A stretch of DNA of 63,577 nucleotides, the filler included, from Octopus bimaculoides (taxonomy: Eukaryota): the NCBI RefSeq assembly GCF_001194135.2. It is 4 parts of 3 records of this genome, joined end to end, with 100 filler letters (N's around TTAATTAATTAA, not from the genome) between each part and the next. Parts side by side here need not be neighbours in the genome. Positions count along the whole stretch, not along the records: positions 1 to 30,982 come from NC_068981.1; 3 more parts are not named here. The stretch is one strand, 5' to 3'. Position numbers and translations under genes: made by a program. Each line of letters opens with the position of its first letter. Position 1 is the first letter of the stretch. Positions 13,683-26,397 of the stretch are shown one piece after another. The notes beneath the pieces were generated by a model that was not told where the DNA came from, searched no databases, and saw only the letters and a list, made by a program, of their open reading frames with translations.

Positions 13683-14130
13683 AACAATTAAAACTATACA
13701 ACAAACAAGACAAAAGATACAGCCTGCAAATATATCGAAAGCTCATGCTGTATGAGCCTCGGGAGTACTAGGTTGCATCTGGTGGTACAGTAGAAATTCG
13801 CATAAAACTGTTGAAAATAGAAAGAATGTGTATGTGTGTGTGTGTGAGGGAACAATAAGATACAAAATAGAAATTAACGACACTGAAGAAAAGATTTAGG
13901 TATGACATGAACAGAAAGAGTTGAAAAATAACAGGAGTCTAAAATCAAAGCAGAATTTAGAATATAGCAAAGTAAAATCGAAGGAAAGAGAAACATTGTT
14001 TATATTTATATACGTGTGTGTGTGTGTGTGTGTATGTGTGTGTGCGTGCGTGCGTCTATGCATGTGTGTGCGTGTATTATTGCTTATATATATACTTATG
14101 AATGTGTCTGTGCGCATATTTATATATACA

Positions 14131-14263
14131 TAGGTGCAGGCATCGCTGCGAAGTTAAGAAGCTCTCTTTGGCACCACGTAATTTGGGGTTCAATCCTACA
14201 GCGCGGTGCCTTAAGCAAGTGACTACTACTATAACTCTAGGTTAAACAATGGCTTGTGAATGA
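14131..14263 (+). mobile_element. Old SINE family A head fragment
   Basis: AGGTGCAGGCATCGCTGCGAAGTTAAGAAG..GGGTTCAATCCTACAGCGCGGTGCCTTAAGCAAGTG is a degenerate version of the family A head. Confidence 0.65.
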
Positions 14264-14274
14264 AGCAGGTAGGT

Positions 14275-14541
14275 GAGACGTTCTCAACCAGGGTCCATAT
14301 GATCCATGGGGGGGGGGAGGTCTATATAACATTTTGTTTTTAAATGTTGTGTGCAATAAATTGCTTGTACTTGTACAATACACAAGATATTTCAAGTTTT
14401 CTTTATACAATTGTTAATAATATTTCGTTATAAAAGTATAAGAGGATATTTTTTTAAACATGGAATGGCTATGGCGACTCACCTGAGTAAAATAGGAATG
14501 AAAGGGGTCTACAGACAAAAAAAAATGGTTGAGAACCACTG
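14275..14541. mobile_element. hAT (Charlie-type) MITE related to 1409-1756
   Basis: Right TIR GGTTGAGAACCACTG; left TTCTCAACCAGGGTCCATATG; shares GTCTATATAA, AAAATAGGAAT and AAGGGGT..ACAGA with the 1409 copy; no TSD recognisable. Confidence 0.7.
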
Positions 14542-14580
14542 ATAGACGGAAACTGTGTGCAACCCGTCGCATGTGTGTGT

Positions 14581-15333
14581 GTTATTACACACGGAAATGC
14601 TCAGGACAACTTACTACGTCTGGTAAAGTACAGAACAAGAAAATTTTTACTTAAAATATTGCAGCTAAGGATAAAATTTCAAATAAAATATTTAGATAAT
14701 ATTAGCTTTATTAAAGCTAAAAAATTTATCGCAAGCTATTACTTTTATTTGTTATTACTTGTTACTTCTATTAACAATAAAAAAAATAATTTTTGCACTT
14801 TAAAAAATTCATTTTTTTAATTATCAATTAATAATTAGAAATTTGAAAATAAGTTATAAAAAATACTAGTAGTACATAGTTAATACAATAAATAGAATAA
14901 TACCAAAAACAATAGCTATATATTACAGTAAGATCTACCTATAAGAACAAATTCAGAGTAAAATTTGCTTGAGTTATTGAGGTATTGAGTTATTGCGTAA
15001 GTCTTGACCCAATGCCTATTTTTTACATAATGAATTTGCCTACCATATATAGAATTCTACTTTGCATAAAACTTTAGCTATAATGACACTTCTGGTTCAT
15101 ATTTTACAAAACTATTCTAGTGTGACAATATTTTAACAAAATGATGGTACCTATTTTAATTATAATGTTACTTTGTAAATTAAAATCAAATATTTTTTAA
15201 TATTCAAATTTTATCTTTAGCTGCAATATTTTAAGTAAACATTTTCTTTTCCTGTCCTTTGCCAGATGTAATAATTTGTCCTGAACTTTTCCAAGTGTAA
15301 CAACTTGTCCTGTACTTTTCCAGATTTATAACC
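14581..15333. mobile_element. Foldback/MITE with about 115-bp imperfect inverted arms, Kolobok-like right end
   Basis: 14581-14695 aligns to the reverse complement of 15190-15305 (e.g. TTTACTTAAAATATTGCAGCTAA); right terminus ..TTTATAACC is followed by TTAA (15334-15337). Confidence 0.7.
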
Positions 15334-16174
15334 TTAAGAGTATTATTTCTCTTGCTCGCATTTTTCCATGCAATCCGTGTTTTCTCCAAGCTATGCTATA
15401 ATGCTAATTAATAATATGTCAAATGTGTCAATTAGCGGTGTCGTTGATAATGTTTTCCTTACCTCAATGACACCGGCGACATATATTAAACGTCCCCTTG
15501 TAGAACCATATTCATAAAAAAGTATAGAATTATATTATCACCCTCAAATTTGAGAAAAAACTCATAACTTTTAACGTCATTGCATGAGATTGATACCTTG
15601 AAATTCTTTGAACTGAGCTCTATCATTTAAGCTTAATTAAAATATAGTTTGCGTTTAAAAATTTTTTTAAATGTTAATTATATTTAAATCCGATTTTTTG
15701 CCTTATTTTTCATATTTTACCTCACAACTTTTTTGATACAAATTTTTGAACCAAACAAGAAAGTTACACTCTCAAAATTACAGTATCATACATCGATATT
15801 TCGTGGTTTATGTGACTACAATCCTGAGAATCTTCAAGATATTCAGAAAAACACTTATGCAATCCCCAACTTCGAACTAGGAATTGTAATTCAGTTGAGC
15901 TTTCATTTAATAGTCTCTCTGTATGTTGAATAAATTTACATCACGGCTCATACTTCATCCCTAAAACAACTTTACTGTAGGTTTTTCTTCATTGTCGGCA
16001 GATAAAACGAATATCTAGTATTCTTCAAGTCTATTTATATCTCATCTTCCACACCCAACCATGTAATAGCAGCTTATAACGTTACGACGACCTCTTCAAG
16101 TATGTATGTGTTTGTGTGTATTAATACACGCACGCACGCGCGCGCACACACATACACACACACACACACACACA

Positions 16175-16217
<43 letters not shown>

Positions 16218-16496
16218 NNNNNNNNNNNNNNNNNNNNNNNNNNNNNNNNNNNNNNNNNNNNNNNNNNNNNNNNNNNNNNNNNNNNNNNNNNNNNNNNNNN
16301 NNNNNNNNNNNNNNNNNTAAAAGAATATTTGCAAATATTCTTTTAAAAAAACTTTTCTTTTAATTTTTCCAAAATTTAATTGTTTTCCATACATATCAAC
16401 TCGTGTGTTCCTCTTCAACTCTTCAACCTTCTATACACACACACAAACAAACACACACACACACACTCACACACACATATATACATAAATATATCA

Positions 16497-16814
16497 TGGC
16501 ACCTCGTCGGTTCCGACGACGAGGGTTCCAGTTGATCCGATCAACGGAACAGCCTGTTCGCGAAATTAATGTGCAAGTGGCTGAGCACTCCACAGACACG
16601 TATACCCTTAACGTAGTTGTTAGGGAGATTCAGTGTGGCACAAAATGTGACAAGGCTGTCCCTTTAAAATACAGGTACTACTTATTTTTGTCAGCTGAGT
16701 GTGCTGAAGCGAGGTGAAATAAAGTGTTTTGCTCAAGGACAGAGCACGTCACCCGGAATTGAATTCACGACCTTACGATCGTGAGCCGAATACCCTATCC
16801 ACTAAACCACGCCT
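16497..16814 (-). mobile_element. SINE family D
   Basis: Minus-strand head AGGCGTGGTTTAGTGGATAGGGTATTCGGCTCACGATCG; tail GTGGAGTGCTCAGCCACTTG..GATCGGATCAACTGGAACCCTCGTCGTC. Confidence 0.9.
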
Positions 16815-17623
16815 ATTCATTATATATATATATATATATNNNNNNNNNNNNNNNNNNNNNNNNNNNNNNNNNNNNNNNNNNNNNNNNNNNNNNNNNNNNN
16901 NNNNNNNNNNNNNNNNNNNNNNNNNNNNNNNNNNNNNNNNNNNNNNNNNNNNNNNNNNNNNNNNNNNNNNNNNNNNNNNNNNNNNNNNNNNNNNNNNNNN
17001 NNNNNNNNNNNNNNNNNNNNNNNNNNNNNNNNNNNNNNNNNNNNNNNNNNNNNNNNNNNNNNNNNNNNNNNNNNNNNNNNNNNNNNNNNNNNNNNNNNNN
17101 NNNNNNNNNNNNNNNNNNNNNNNNNNNNNNNNNNNNNNNNNNNNNNNNNNNNNNNNNNNNNNNNNNNNNNNNNNNNNNNNNNNNNNNNNNNNNNNNNNNN
17201 NNNNNNNNNNNNNNNNNNNNNNNNNNNNNNNNNNNNNNNNNNNNNNNNNNNNNNNNNNNNNNNNNNNNNNNNNNNNNNNNNNNNNNNNNNNNNNNNNNNN
17301 NNNNNNNNNNNNNNNNNNNNNNNNNNNNNNNNNNNNNNNNNNNNNNNNNNNNNNNNNNNNNNNNNNNNNNNNNNNNNNNNNNNNNNNNNNNNNNNNNNNN
17401 NNNNNNNNNNNNNNNNNNNNNNNNNNNNNNNNNNNNNNNNNNNNNNNNNNNNNNNNNNNNNNNNNNNNNNNNNNNNNNNNNNNNNNNNNNNNNNNNNNNN
17501 NNNNNNNNNNNNNNNNNNNNNNNNNNNNNNNNNNNNNNNNNNNNNNNNNNNNNNNNNNNNNNNNNNNNNNNNNNNNNNNNNNNNNNNNNNNNNNNNGCTC
17601 TAGGGAAAGAAAATTCTGTGACA

Positions 17624-17978
17624 GTTGTTGGCACTCCGTCGCTTACGACGTCAAGGGTTCCAGTTGAAATTAATGTCCAAGTGGCTGAGCACTCCACAGA
17701 CACGTGTACCTTTAACGTAGTTTTCGGAGATATTCAGGGTGACACAGTGTGACAAGGCTGACCTTTTCAATTACAGGCACAACAGAAGCAGGAAGTAAGA
17801 GTGAGAGAAAGTTGTGGTGAAAGAGTACAGCAGGGTTCGCCGCCGCACCCTGCCGGAGCTTCGTGGAGCTTTAGGTCGTTTTCGCCCAATAAACACTCAC
17901 AACGCCCGGTCTGGGAATCGAAACCGCGATCCTATGACCGCGAGTCCGCTGCCCTAACCACTGGGCCATTTCGCCTCC
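17624..17978 (-). mobile_element. SINE family C
   Basis: Minus-strand head GGAGGCGAAATGGCCCAGTGGTTAGGGCAGCGGACTCGCGG..GGTTTCGATTCCC; 3' half shared with family D; near-identical layout to 20582-20959. Confidence 0.92.
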
Positions 17979-18319
17979 ACCCGGTGACAGTGTAACATTG
18001 ATGTATATGGATGTGGAGGTAAAAATGCGTGTACGTATCTGGGTAAATGTGTTTCAACGTGTGAAATGTGAGATCATGGTAGTAATACGGATGATGGTAG
18101 TAATATTAGACCTTCTCACCTGCCTCACTGCAAACTGGAGATCTTGCTCTCGATTGATCTAGAAGCAAGCAAGAGAGTTGTAGGTGAGAGTCTTAGCAAT
18201 GTCGTGCAAGATGTTGATGATGTTAAATCCCTGCACAGGCATTGCTGATAGCCATAAACATCAAAGATAACATAGTCGTCAGTGAGGGTCATCCTCAATT
18301 ACGATTTGACAGCCAACCA

Positions 18320-18810
<491 letters not shown>

Positions 18811-19144
18811 TTGTATGGGAGGCATTCCGATCATGACAGTTCCGTCGTCTCCGTTATCAGTGATTGCACTGTCCAATTTCTTCCATTTTTAACCCGTTGT
18901 TGATTCGAAAGAGGATATGGATGCCACTTCTTGCATGCCAAAGTGACCTCACTATTTCAAATTCACGATGCTCCTAATTATTTCTCTAATGCACATACGA
19001 ATACACATGCACACCCTTCTGTGTGTTTATGTATGTCTGTCTATGTTTATAGCATTCCCTTACCTCCTACAACTCTCGTTGTTTTTAAATCTGATAGCGT
19101 GCTTTATATTTTTTCTCTTCCTGACAATTGCAACTTCCGCCCCT

Positions 19145-19167
19145 TCTCTTTCTCTCTCCATCTCTCT

Positions 19168-19240
<73 letters not shown>

Positions 19241-19265
19241 CGCTCTCCCTTTCTTTCTCTCTCAC
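19145..19265. repeat. (CT)n(CTAT)n microsatellite
   Basis: Direct reading. Confidence 0.95.
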
Positions 19266-20581
19266 ACACTCACATCTATACACGCATTCCAGTATACCCA
19301 CTAATCCTCGTTTACTTATCCTTCAAAACCAAGCTGACATTTCATCTTTTCTCGACGAAGTGTTCTGCTTGTAACGCTAAACTTTTTTCCTCACAGCATA
19401 AAAACATTCCATTTCCTGAATTATCTGAATATTTTACTGACACACAAACAGCACTAGTTTCTTCGGATTCTACTGTGAGCGAGTGTGAGACAGAGAAAGT
19501 TGGAGAGAGAGAAGAATCCGAAAGAGAGAACAGTAGAGAAAGAGAGCTAGTCAGTCAGACATAGAAAGTATCTTACGTAAAGCGTTGTTCCAAAAACAAA
19601 AACACATCGGTAATAAGCGGATTGGCGGTAAAGTAGGGGAAGGCGGAGGAAGAACGACGGGAAAAAACGCAAGAAAGACAGAATTTGAAGATAGGCAAAA
19701 AGTAAATGAGTGAGATAAAGAGGGGAGATCGAGCGAATGAGTGTGTGAGTGAAGGAAACAGGAAGGGAAGGTTTTGAGAATGAGAGAGAGAGAGGGAGGA
19801 GGCATTTGAGTGAAAGAATGTGGGAGGTAGAGAGGAGGTATTTGAGTGAGAGAGGAGGCATTCAGTGACTGAAAATTAAAACGATACATGTGAATGGGAA
19901 GATTGAAGGAGAAAAACAACAAAGATGATGAAAGAATAAATTTGCATCAGCACCACGCTTGGAGCACGTGGAATATGTGTTACTACACAGTTTCAGTCTA
20001 AAAAAAAAATGGGGTGTGCGCGAGAACGTATATGCGTGTGCGCGTGCGCTGTACGTTAATGAGTGCTGCTTAGAGATTCCTGCAACACATCTTACCAGTA
20101 AGACACAGACTTACCACACACACACGCACACACACACACACACACACACGTGCACATTTCAGAAACACACTGGCAACTTGTGTTTTTTATAACTAGAACT
20201 GTGGATGTTTACTCTCTTTTATCGTTTATTCCAAGATGGTTTTCAGATTCTTAGGTTTTGAACGTAAGAAATTCAAAATCTGGATTTTTAAAAAATTGTT
20301 TTCTTGTTGATTAAGAACTGATTAAGGTTTACAGCTGCTACTTAATATGTTTTAATACCTATGTTCATAGCGAATATAAAAAGTACTTTTTTTTTGTATA
20401 AGTATTTCGTTAGTACTTGAAGTGCGTAACTGCATTTTCTTTGTACATATAATTACACCATAAACTTCCAGACAGTAAAAACTACACAATGCGAGTTCTT
20501 TCTTTATTTTACACATATTGCTTTCGTTACTTTTGACATTTGATATACTTATAACAAAGTACCCACGTTCCTTCTTTGTCG

Positions 20582-20959
20582 GTGTTGTTGGCACTCCGTC
20601 GGTTACGACGTCGAGGGTTCCAGTTGACCCGATCAACGGAATAACCTGCTCGTGAAATTAAGGTGCAAGTGGCTGAGCACTCCACAGACACGTGTACCCT
20701 TAACGTAGTTCTCGGGGATATTCAGCGTGGCACAGTGTGACAAGGCTGGCCCTTTGAATTACAGGTTCAACAGAAACAAAGAGTGAGAGAAAGTTGTGGT
20801 GAAAGAGTACAGCAGAGTTTGCCACCATACCCTGCCGGAGCCTTGTGGAACTTTAGGTGTTTTCGCTCAATAAACACTCACAACGCCCGGTCTGGGAATC
20901 GAAACCGCGACCCTATGATCGCGAGTCCGCTGCCCTAACAACTGGGCCACTGCGCCTCC
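20582..20959 (-). mobile_element. SINE family C, full length
   Basis: Same head and tail as 17624-17978. Confidence 0.93.
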
Positions 20960-21330
20960 ACTTGTCGGTGTAATGAATATATATAAAAAACACATTGGTA
21001 AAGCATTAGCCTGAAATCTTTTATTTTTTTATGTATTTTTATATTGTTTAAAAACAACAAAATAAATACTTTGGGGGGGGGTAATGCTGAATCGCACCCC
21101 TCCTGAAAAAATGCATTTTTGGGAAAAAGATTTTTCGAATCCCTACGTTTTAGATGTCGGAGATTAAGAATATGCAAAAAAGAAAAAAGAATAGGATAGT
21201 AAGGTTAGTGAATTGGCCGATTGTCGTGATTTTATCGTCGAACAGTCTACGTCGAGCAGTATTTGTTCTGGTTTCTTAGGATTTTGAGTTCAAAAACCAC
21301 CAACGTCAACTTTGTGATTCATCTTTCTAT

Positions 21331-21497
21331 GTTTCAAATTTCGGCACAAGGCCAGCAATTTCGGGGGAGAGGGTAAGTCGATTGCATCGATCTCCAGCAC
21401 GCAACTGGTACTTATTTTATCAACTCCAAAAGGATGAAAGGCAAACACGACTTCGGCGGAATTTGAACTTAGAACGTAAATATGGACGAAATGCCTA
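21331..21497 (-). mobile_element. SINE family E, 5'-truncated
   Basis: GTTTCAAATTTCGGCACAAGGCCAGCAATTTCGGGGGAG..GGATGAAAGGCAAA..GAATTTGAACTTAGAACG. Confidence 0.88.
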
Positions 21498-21516
21498 GAA
21501 TAAGTTACTAGGCTAA

Positions 21517-21607
21517 CAAAGAATAAGTCCCGGAGTCGATTTGCTCGACTAAAGGCGGTGCTCCAGCATGGCCGCAGTCAAATGATTGAAACAAGTAAAA
21601 GAGTAAA
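21517..21607 (+). mobile_element. SINE family A 3' terminal fragment
   Basis: CAAAGAATAAGTCCCGGAGTCGATTTGCTCGACTAAAGGCGGTGCTCCAGCATGGCCGCAGTCAAATG..AAGTAAAAGAGTAAA. Confidence 0.9.
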
Positions 21608-22269
21608 TCGATAAATTAAGCACCAGTCAAGTACTAGATTGTTTCAATCGATTACACTCGTTCCGGAAATTTCCTTCGTTGCAAAGTGCAAAGTGGAGGA
21701 CAACTTTGCGGCATATCTTTCTAGATTAGGCCAAATAACATCCACATTCGGAAATACATATTCGGAAATATATATACGCGCGCGTATATATATTTCAAAG
21801 TATATTAGAAGTTTACAAGTCAATATTGCGCCTTACCTTGTGGTAGTAGTGTGATGTATCCACTTTTATACATTTCCTATAGAATCCAGAGCCAGCACTA
21901 AAAGTTACGACGTTTCGTATACGAACACGTCTATGTAAACAATGCTATCGAATATAGAGAAAATAGGTAATGGTTGTATATGCATATTTTGTCCATTAAT
22001 ATGCACGTACCAGTTGCCATGAATGTCGTTAATCGCTAAATTAGTCTATCCATTAGTTTTACACCGTTACACTTAATGGGCATTTAAGCAATGTGATCGT
22101 GGAGAGTTAATGGTTTGGATATGGTGCTGATGAAAAAGCAATAACGCTTGAAATATGCATCTACTCATATTACCTATTTTTTTTCTATCTTTAATCCCAG
22201 TGTTTATATAAACGCGTTAGTTTAAGAAAGTTGTAACATGCAGTGTTGGATCTATATCCAGATAAAGAC

Positions 22270-22363
22270 ACGCGCGTGCACGCACATGCACACACGCACA
22301 CACGCACACACACATATATAGAGAGAGGAAGAGACGGACAAATAAGTAGATAGGTAGATAGGC

Positions 22364-22394
<31 letters not shown>

Positions 22395-22411
22395 AAGACA
22401 GACAGACAGAC

Positions 22412-22447
<36 letters not shown>

Positions 22448-22511
22448 TATGTGTGTGCATGCGCGCGCGTGTGTCTGTGTGTGTGCCTGCGAGCGAGTGA
22501 GTGAGTGAGTG

Positions 22512-22546
<35 letters not shown>

Positions 22547-22560
22547 GCGTGTGTGTGAAA
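22270..22560. repeat. Compound (CA)n,(GACA)n,(GATA)n,(GT)n microsatellite
   Basis: Direct reading. Confidence 0.95.
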
Positions 22561-23039
22561 CTATTTAATTTCAGTTTAATATATAGAATGCTTTCTTGAT
22601 GTACTTTCAGCCGTATTGTTGACCGTACAGAATAATTCGCTGTTATTCGGTATTTTATTTTAAATAATAAAGGTTCCTCCCCTGGTAACCCCACTCTGAC
22701 CGGTGTTGTATATGGAGAGTGGGTGGATATAAAACTATTTTCCAAACGGCAGAGAAAAGAAAAGAAAAGAAAACAAACTGTATACCCACCGGCAAGAAAC
22801 AAATACGTAGCAAATGTCAAGACATTCCATCAATCAGTAACTACTCTTTTGTTGTTGTCACTGTTTTAGCTCAGCTTTCATTGAGCCGTCCTATGACACG
22901 TAAGTACTCGAGAAAATGATTTCGTGCCCACCCCACCAAATCTATTGTTCTAGATACATCATGCTACCATCCCTCACGCCCATTCTTTACACTAACACAT
23001 ACATTGATGTATTGTATGGTATGCTGTGTGATTATCTGG

Positions 23040-23125
23040 ATATGTTGTTGTTCTTGTTGTTGTTGTTGTTGTTGTTGTTCTTGTTCTTGTTGTTGTTCTA
23101 GTTGTTGTTGCTGCTGCTGCTGCCG
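23040..23125. repeat. (GTT)n/(GCT)n microsatellite
   Basis: Direct reading. Confidence 0.9.
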
Positions 23126-23374
23126 CTTAAACTCGAGTCAGCCTTGGTTCAGAAGACAAATAATCAAAAGCAATCCAGCAGTTGCTATCCCTATTTTATT
23201 TCAGAAATAGTGTAGATTGGTCTACTCTACTCAATGTCTCCTCTCGAGCCGGTGGGTAGTTATTTCAGGAAGATTTGATTGATATTTCTAGTATGTCTAG
23301 CCTTAGAAAGGATTTCTGGTAATTCCTGAAGGTGTTATTGTTTAACCACATGAAAAGCTTAATCGGAAGAAGTG

Positions 23375-23495
23375 TTGTTTGTTGCTGTTGTTGTTGTTGT
23401 TGTTGTTGCTGCTGCTGCTGCTGCTCCTCCTCCTCCTCCTCTCCTCCTCCACCTCTTCTTCTTCTTCTTCTTCTTCTTCTTCTTCTTCTTCTTTA
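23375..23495. repeat. Graded (GTT)n(GCT)n(CCT)n(CTT)n microsatellite
   Basis: Direct reading. Confidence 0.95.
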
Positions 23496-26081
23496 GCTTT
23501 GGTCAGTTCTGGTAAACAGAACCAAAGTTGTTTCAACCGCGACACTCTGACTTGTATGTAGACGACATACTGTATCTTCACTATCTCATGTACCCTTTCT
23601 TCTAAAAACTAATTGACACTAGAGTAGCTTACCAACTTTTGACCTAAAAATATGCTATTTCCTCTCCCTGTTTTTTTTTTTTTTCTTGGTGTCACTAGAC
23701 TGGTCTCTGCTCTTTTGATCTGGCTGGTTGCGTGCCATCTCCACCCAGGTTTGCTTGATCTACTTGTCTCTCTTCTCTCGTCATCTAAATTGTGTATGTT
23801 TCTGTAACTCCACGCTTAACCACGATGAAGATCCTTCTTTCCACTGAATTTTCACCTCACTAGAATTCGCATTTATCCGTTATGTTTTACCGGCAGTCGT
23901 CGACGTTAATTTCTTCAACAAGCATACCAACCGCATGGATCCCTGCGAAGGTTATGAGCGCAACCAGGCTAATCCAGTAAATCTATATCTATAAAATAAA
24001 ATGAAAAATAAGACTTCGGGTGACACTTGAAGGGAATTTGGTTGATCATTCTAGTAGGTCGGGTGACAGCTTGAAGCAACGATTTCCAACCTGATATCTG
24101 TGAACCTATAGGGTTCCATAAATAGACTATTTGGTGCCTGTGAGCTGTATTCAAGATTTTAAAAGGCTGCAGAGTAAAATACAGTATTACCCAGCTGCTC
24201 ATAATTATTCAGTTACCTGTATTTTTCAGTTGGGAGATGTAACTGTAATTATAAGTTCGCTGCCAATTAATGAAATCAACTCGTAAGAATCACTAGCCTT
24301 AAAGCTCTCTCATTCACTCGTAACCACGTCTACTCTGCCTGGGACAGATATAGTCGGTAGGTTACCCGTCGACCGATTGTTTGCAATCCACGAATCGATG
24401 TAATTTTACATGTGGCAAATGATAAGACAGGAAGACTGTTGTGTTTAAGCTTTTAAGCGCGTAGCATTATTATATCTGGCATTCATCCCAGACAAACTTA
24501 AGAAAAATATACACACAGAGACAGACACAATATCAAGAACCTCACTGGTCTCAAGCACTGTACTGGGAAACACAACACCAACAGTGTGTACTGAAGAACA
24601 GCCACTGTAGTATTCTGATCGAGTTCACTCTACGTGTACTTGCGGTGACCAGCACCAAAACTACAGGCACATAAGAATAGAGTGGACAGTGAAAACCGTG
24701 CGATATGTTCAGACCATCTCACTGAACCCAGTATAATCTATCCCTGTTCATCGCAGTATGCGGTATGGTTTACTGCAAGGTGGAGACTTGGTATAACTAG
24801 AAAGATGGATCTGGGGATCTATCGACTACCTGGACGTTACCAGGGCTGCTCTTACTTGTAGCTACACATTAGCTGAGCACAGGTTTGGTCATCTTAGAGT
24901 TCTCCTTTTACAATTATTTCATTCACGTTCAATTTTCCCCATAATCTAGAAGAATAAAAGCAAAAGTTTCGTTTTTGTGTTCGGTTTGCAAGATTTTTTA
25001 TGTGAATTCGTATGTTGAAACAGATTTTGTTGTATTTCAGGAGGATCATTATACCAATATTAAACAGAGGCACTGGTTAAATTTCGCTTCTTCATTATTC
25101 GTCAATCGGTTAGCTATTTAGCCAACAAATCGATTGTTTACTACTATACAGTCGGAGTAGTAGTGGATTGTTGTTCATTTTGGCGTTACCGTTGTTCTGT
25201 TTGTTGTTATTGTCTTTTTTTACTGTTGTTTTCTGTTTGTTTTTCTTTGCTTTGGATTTTTTCTATTGTTCAATTCAACCCGAATTCGACCACCTATGAA
25301 CAAATACATTCCTTTCCAAATATAACACCTACCCAGTTATATCATTCCACAGGTCAAAATTTTTAAAGAATAAATGTACAAATCTAAGTATTGTTAAGCA
25401 AATCGGTTAATTATAGTTGTTTTGTGTATGACATGAAAGATTCTGTAAACATTACGGTCGTTGTTTATACGTTTCTGAATGACCACTTACTGGTTCATTG
25501 CATTTTGATATGGCAGTAATAACAAGGAAGTGCTTACTTAACTCTTACTAAATAAACGTTACAAGGCACTTTTTGCTTCACGCCAACAGTTATATCTCTC
25601 TAGATGATGCGTATAAATTTTGCAGACAAGTATATCTGTGTGTGTGTATACATACACACATGTATACATATATATACTTGTAAGTATGTATGTATGTATG
25701 TATGTATGTATGTATGTTTGTAAGTGTGTATGTGTGCGTGTATGTTTGTATCTATGTATGCTTATATGTGTGAATATGTGTATATGGGTATATGTGCGAC
25801 GGGCGCCCACACCTTTTACCAAATTTCGTTCTCAACGAATTGGTTGATCTGAGACTATATGAAACACTTGCCTAGGGTACCATTCGGGAATATTGAATCA
25901 AGAAATATCCTATTTACAAGCGAACTTTCTAACCACACAACCTGTGACAGTTTCACAGTATGTAGATACATGATGAATGCCCTCTATATAGGACGTAATT
26001 TTGTCAAATAAATATTCCCAAGAGAACTTGTTCTTATACTAGAGTATAATAGAAATAAAACTACCAAGTGCATAACTTGTA

Positions 26082-26397
26082 AAGGCCCCTTCGGTCATGA
26101 ATAATCATCGGACTGCACCTAGAAAGGTTCCCTCTGAGACACAAGTTCGGGCAAGGTTGTTTATGGAAGACCAGTAGTCGCCCATACATACCAGCCTCCC
26201 CTTTCCAGCCATCGATGTTATCCAACGGAAAGGTAAAGGCCGATAGAGCTTGGCACCAGTGACGTTGAAACTCATTTCTACAGCTGAGTGAACTGGAGCA
26301 ACGTGAAATAAAGTGTCTTGCGCAAGAACAACACACAGCCGGGTCCAGGAATCAAACTCAATAACTCGTGATTGTGAGCCCGACTGAGCCATGTGCC
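26082..26397 (-). mobile_element. SINE family B
   Basis: Reverse complement of 9714-10045 (CCTTCGGTCATG..GTGAAATAAAGTGTCTTGC..TGAGCCATG). Confidence 0.9.

Noticed and set aside
23900-24900. Exon or retroelement ORF in GC-balanced unique sequence (acceptor TTTTTCAG at 24229; SIDYLDVT at about 24818)
   Set aside because: The donor is weak, frames are short, and a single RT-thumb-like hexapeptide is not enough to call; possibly an old retroelement.
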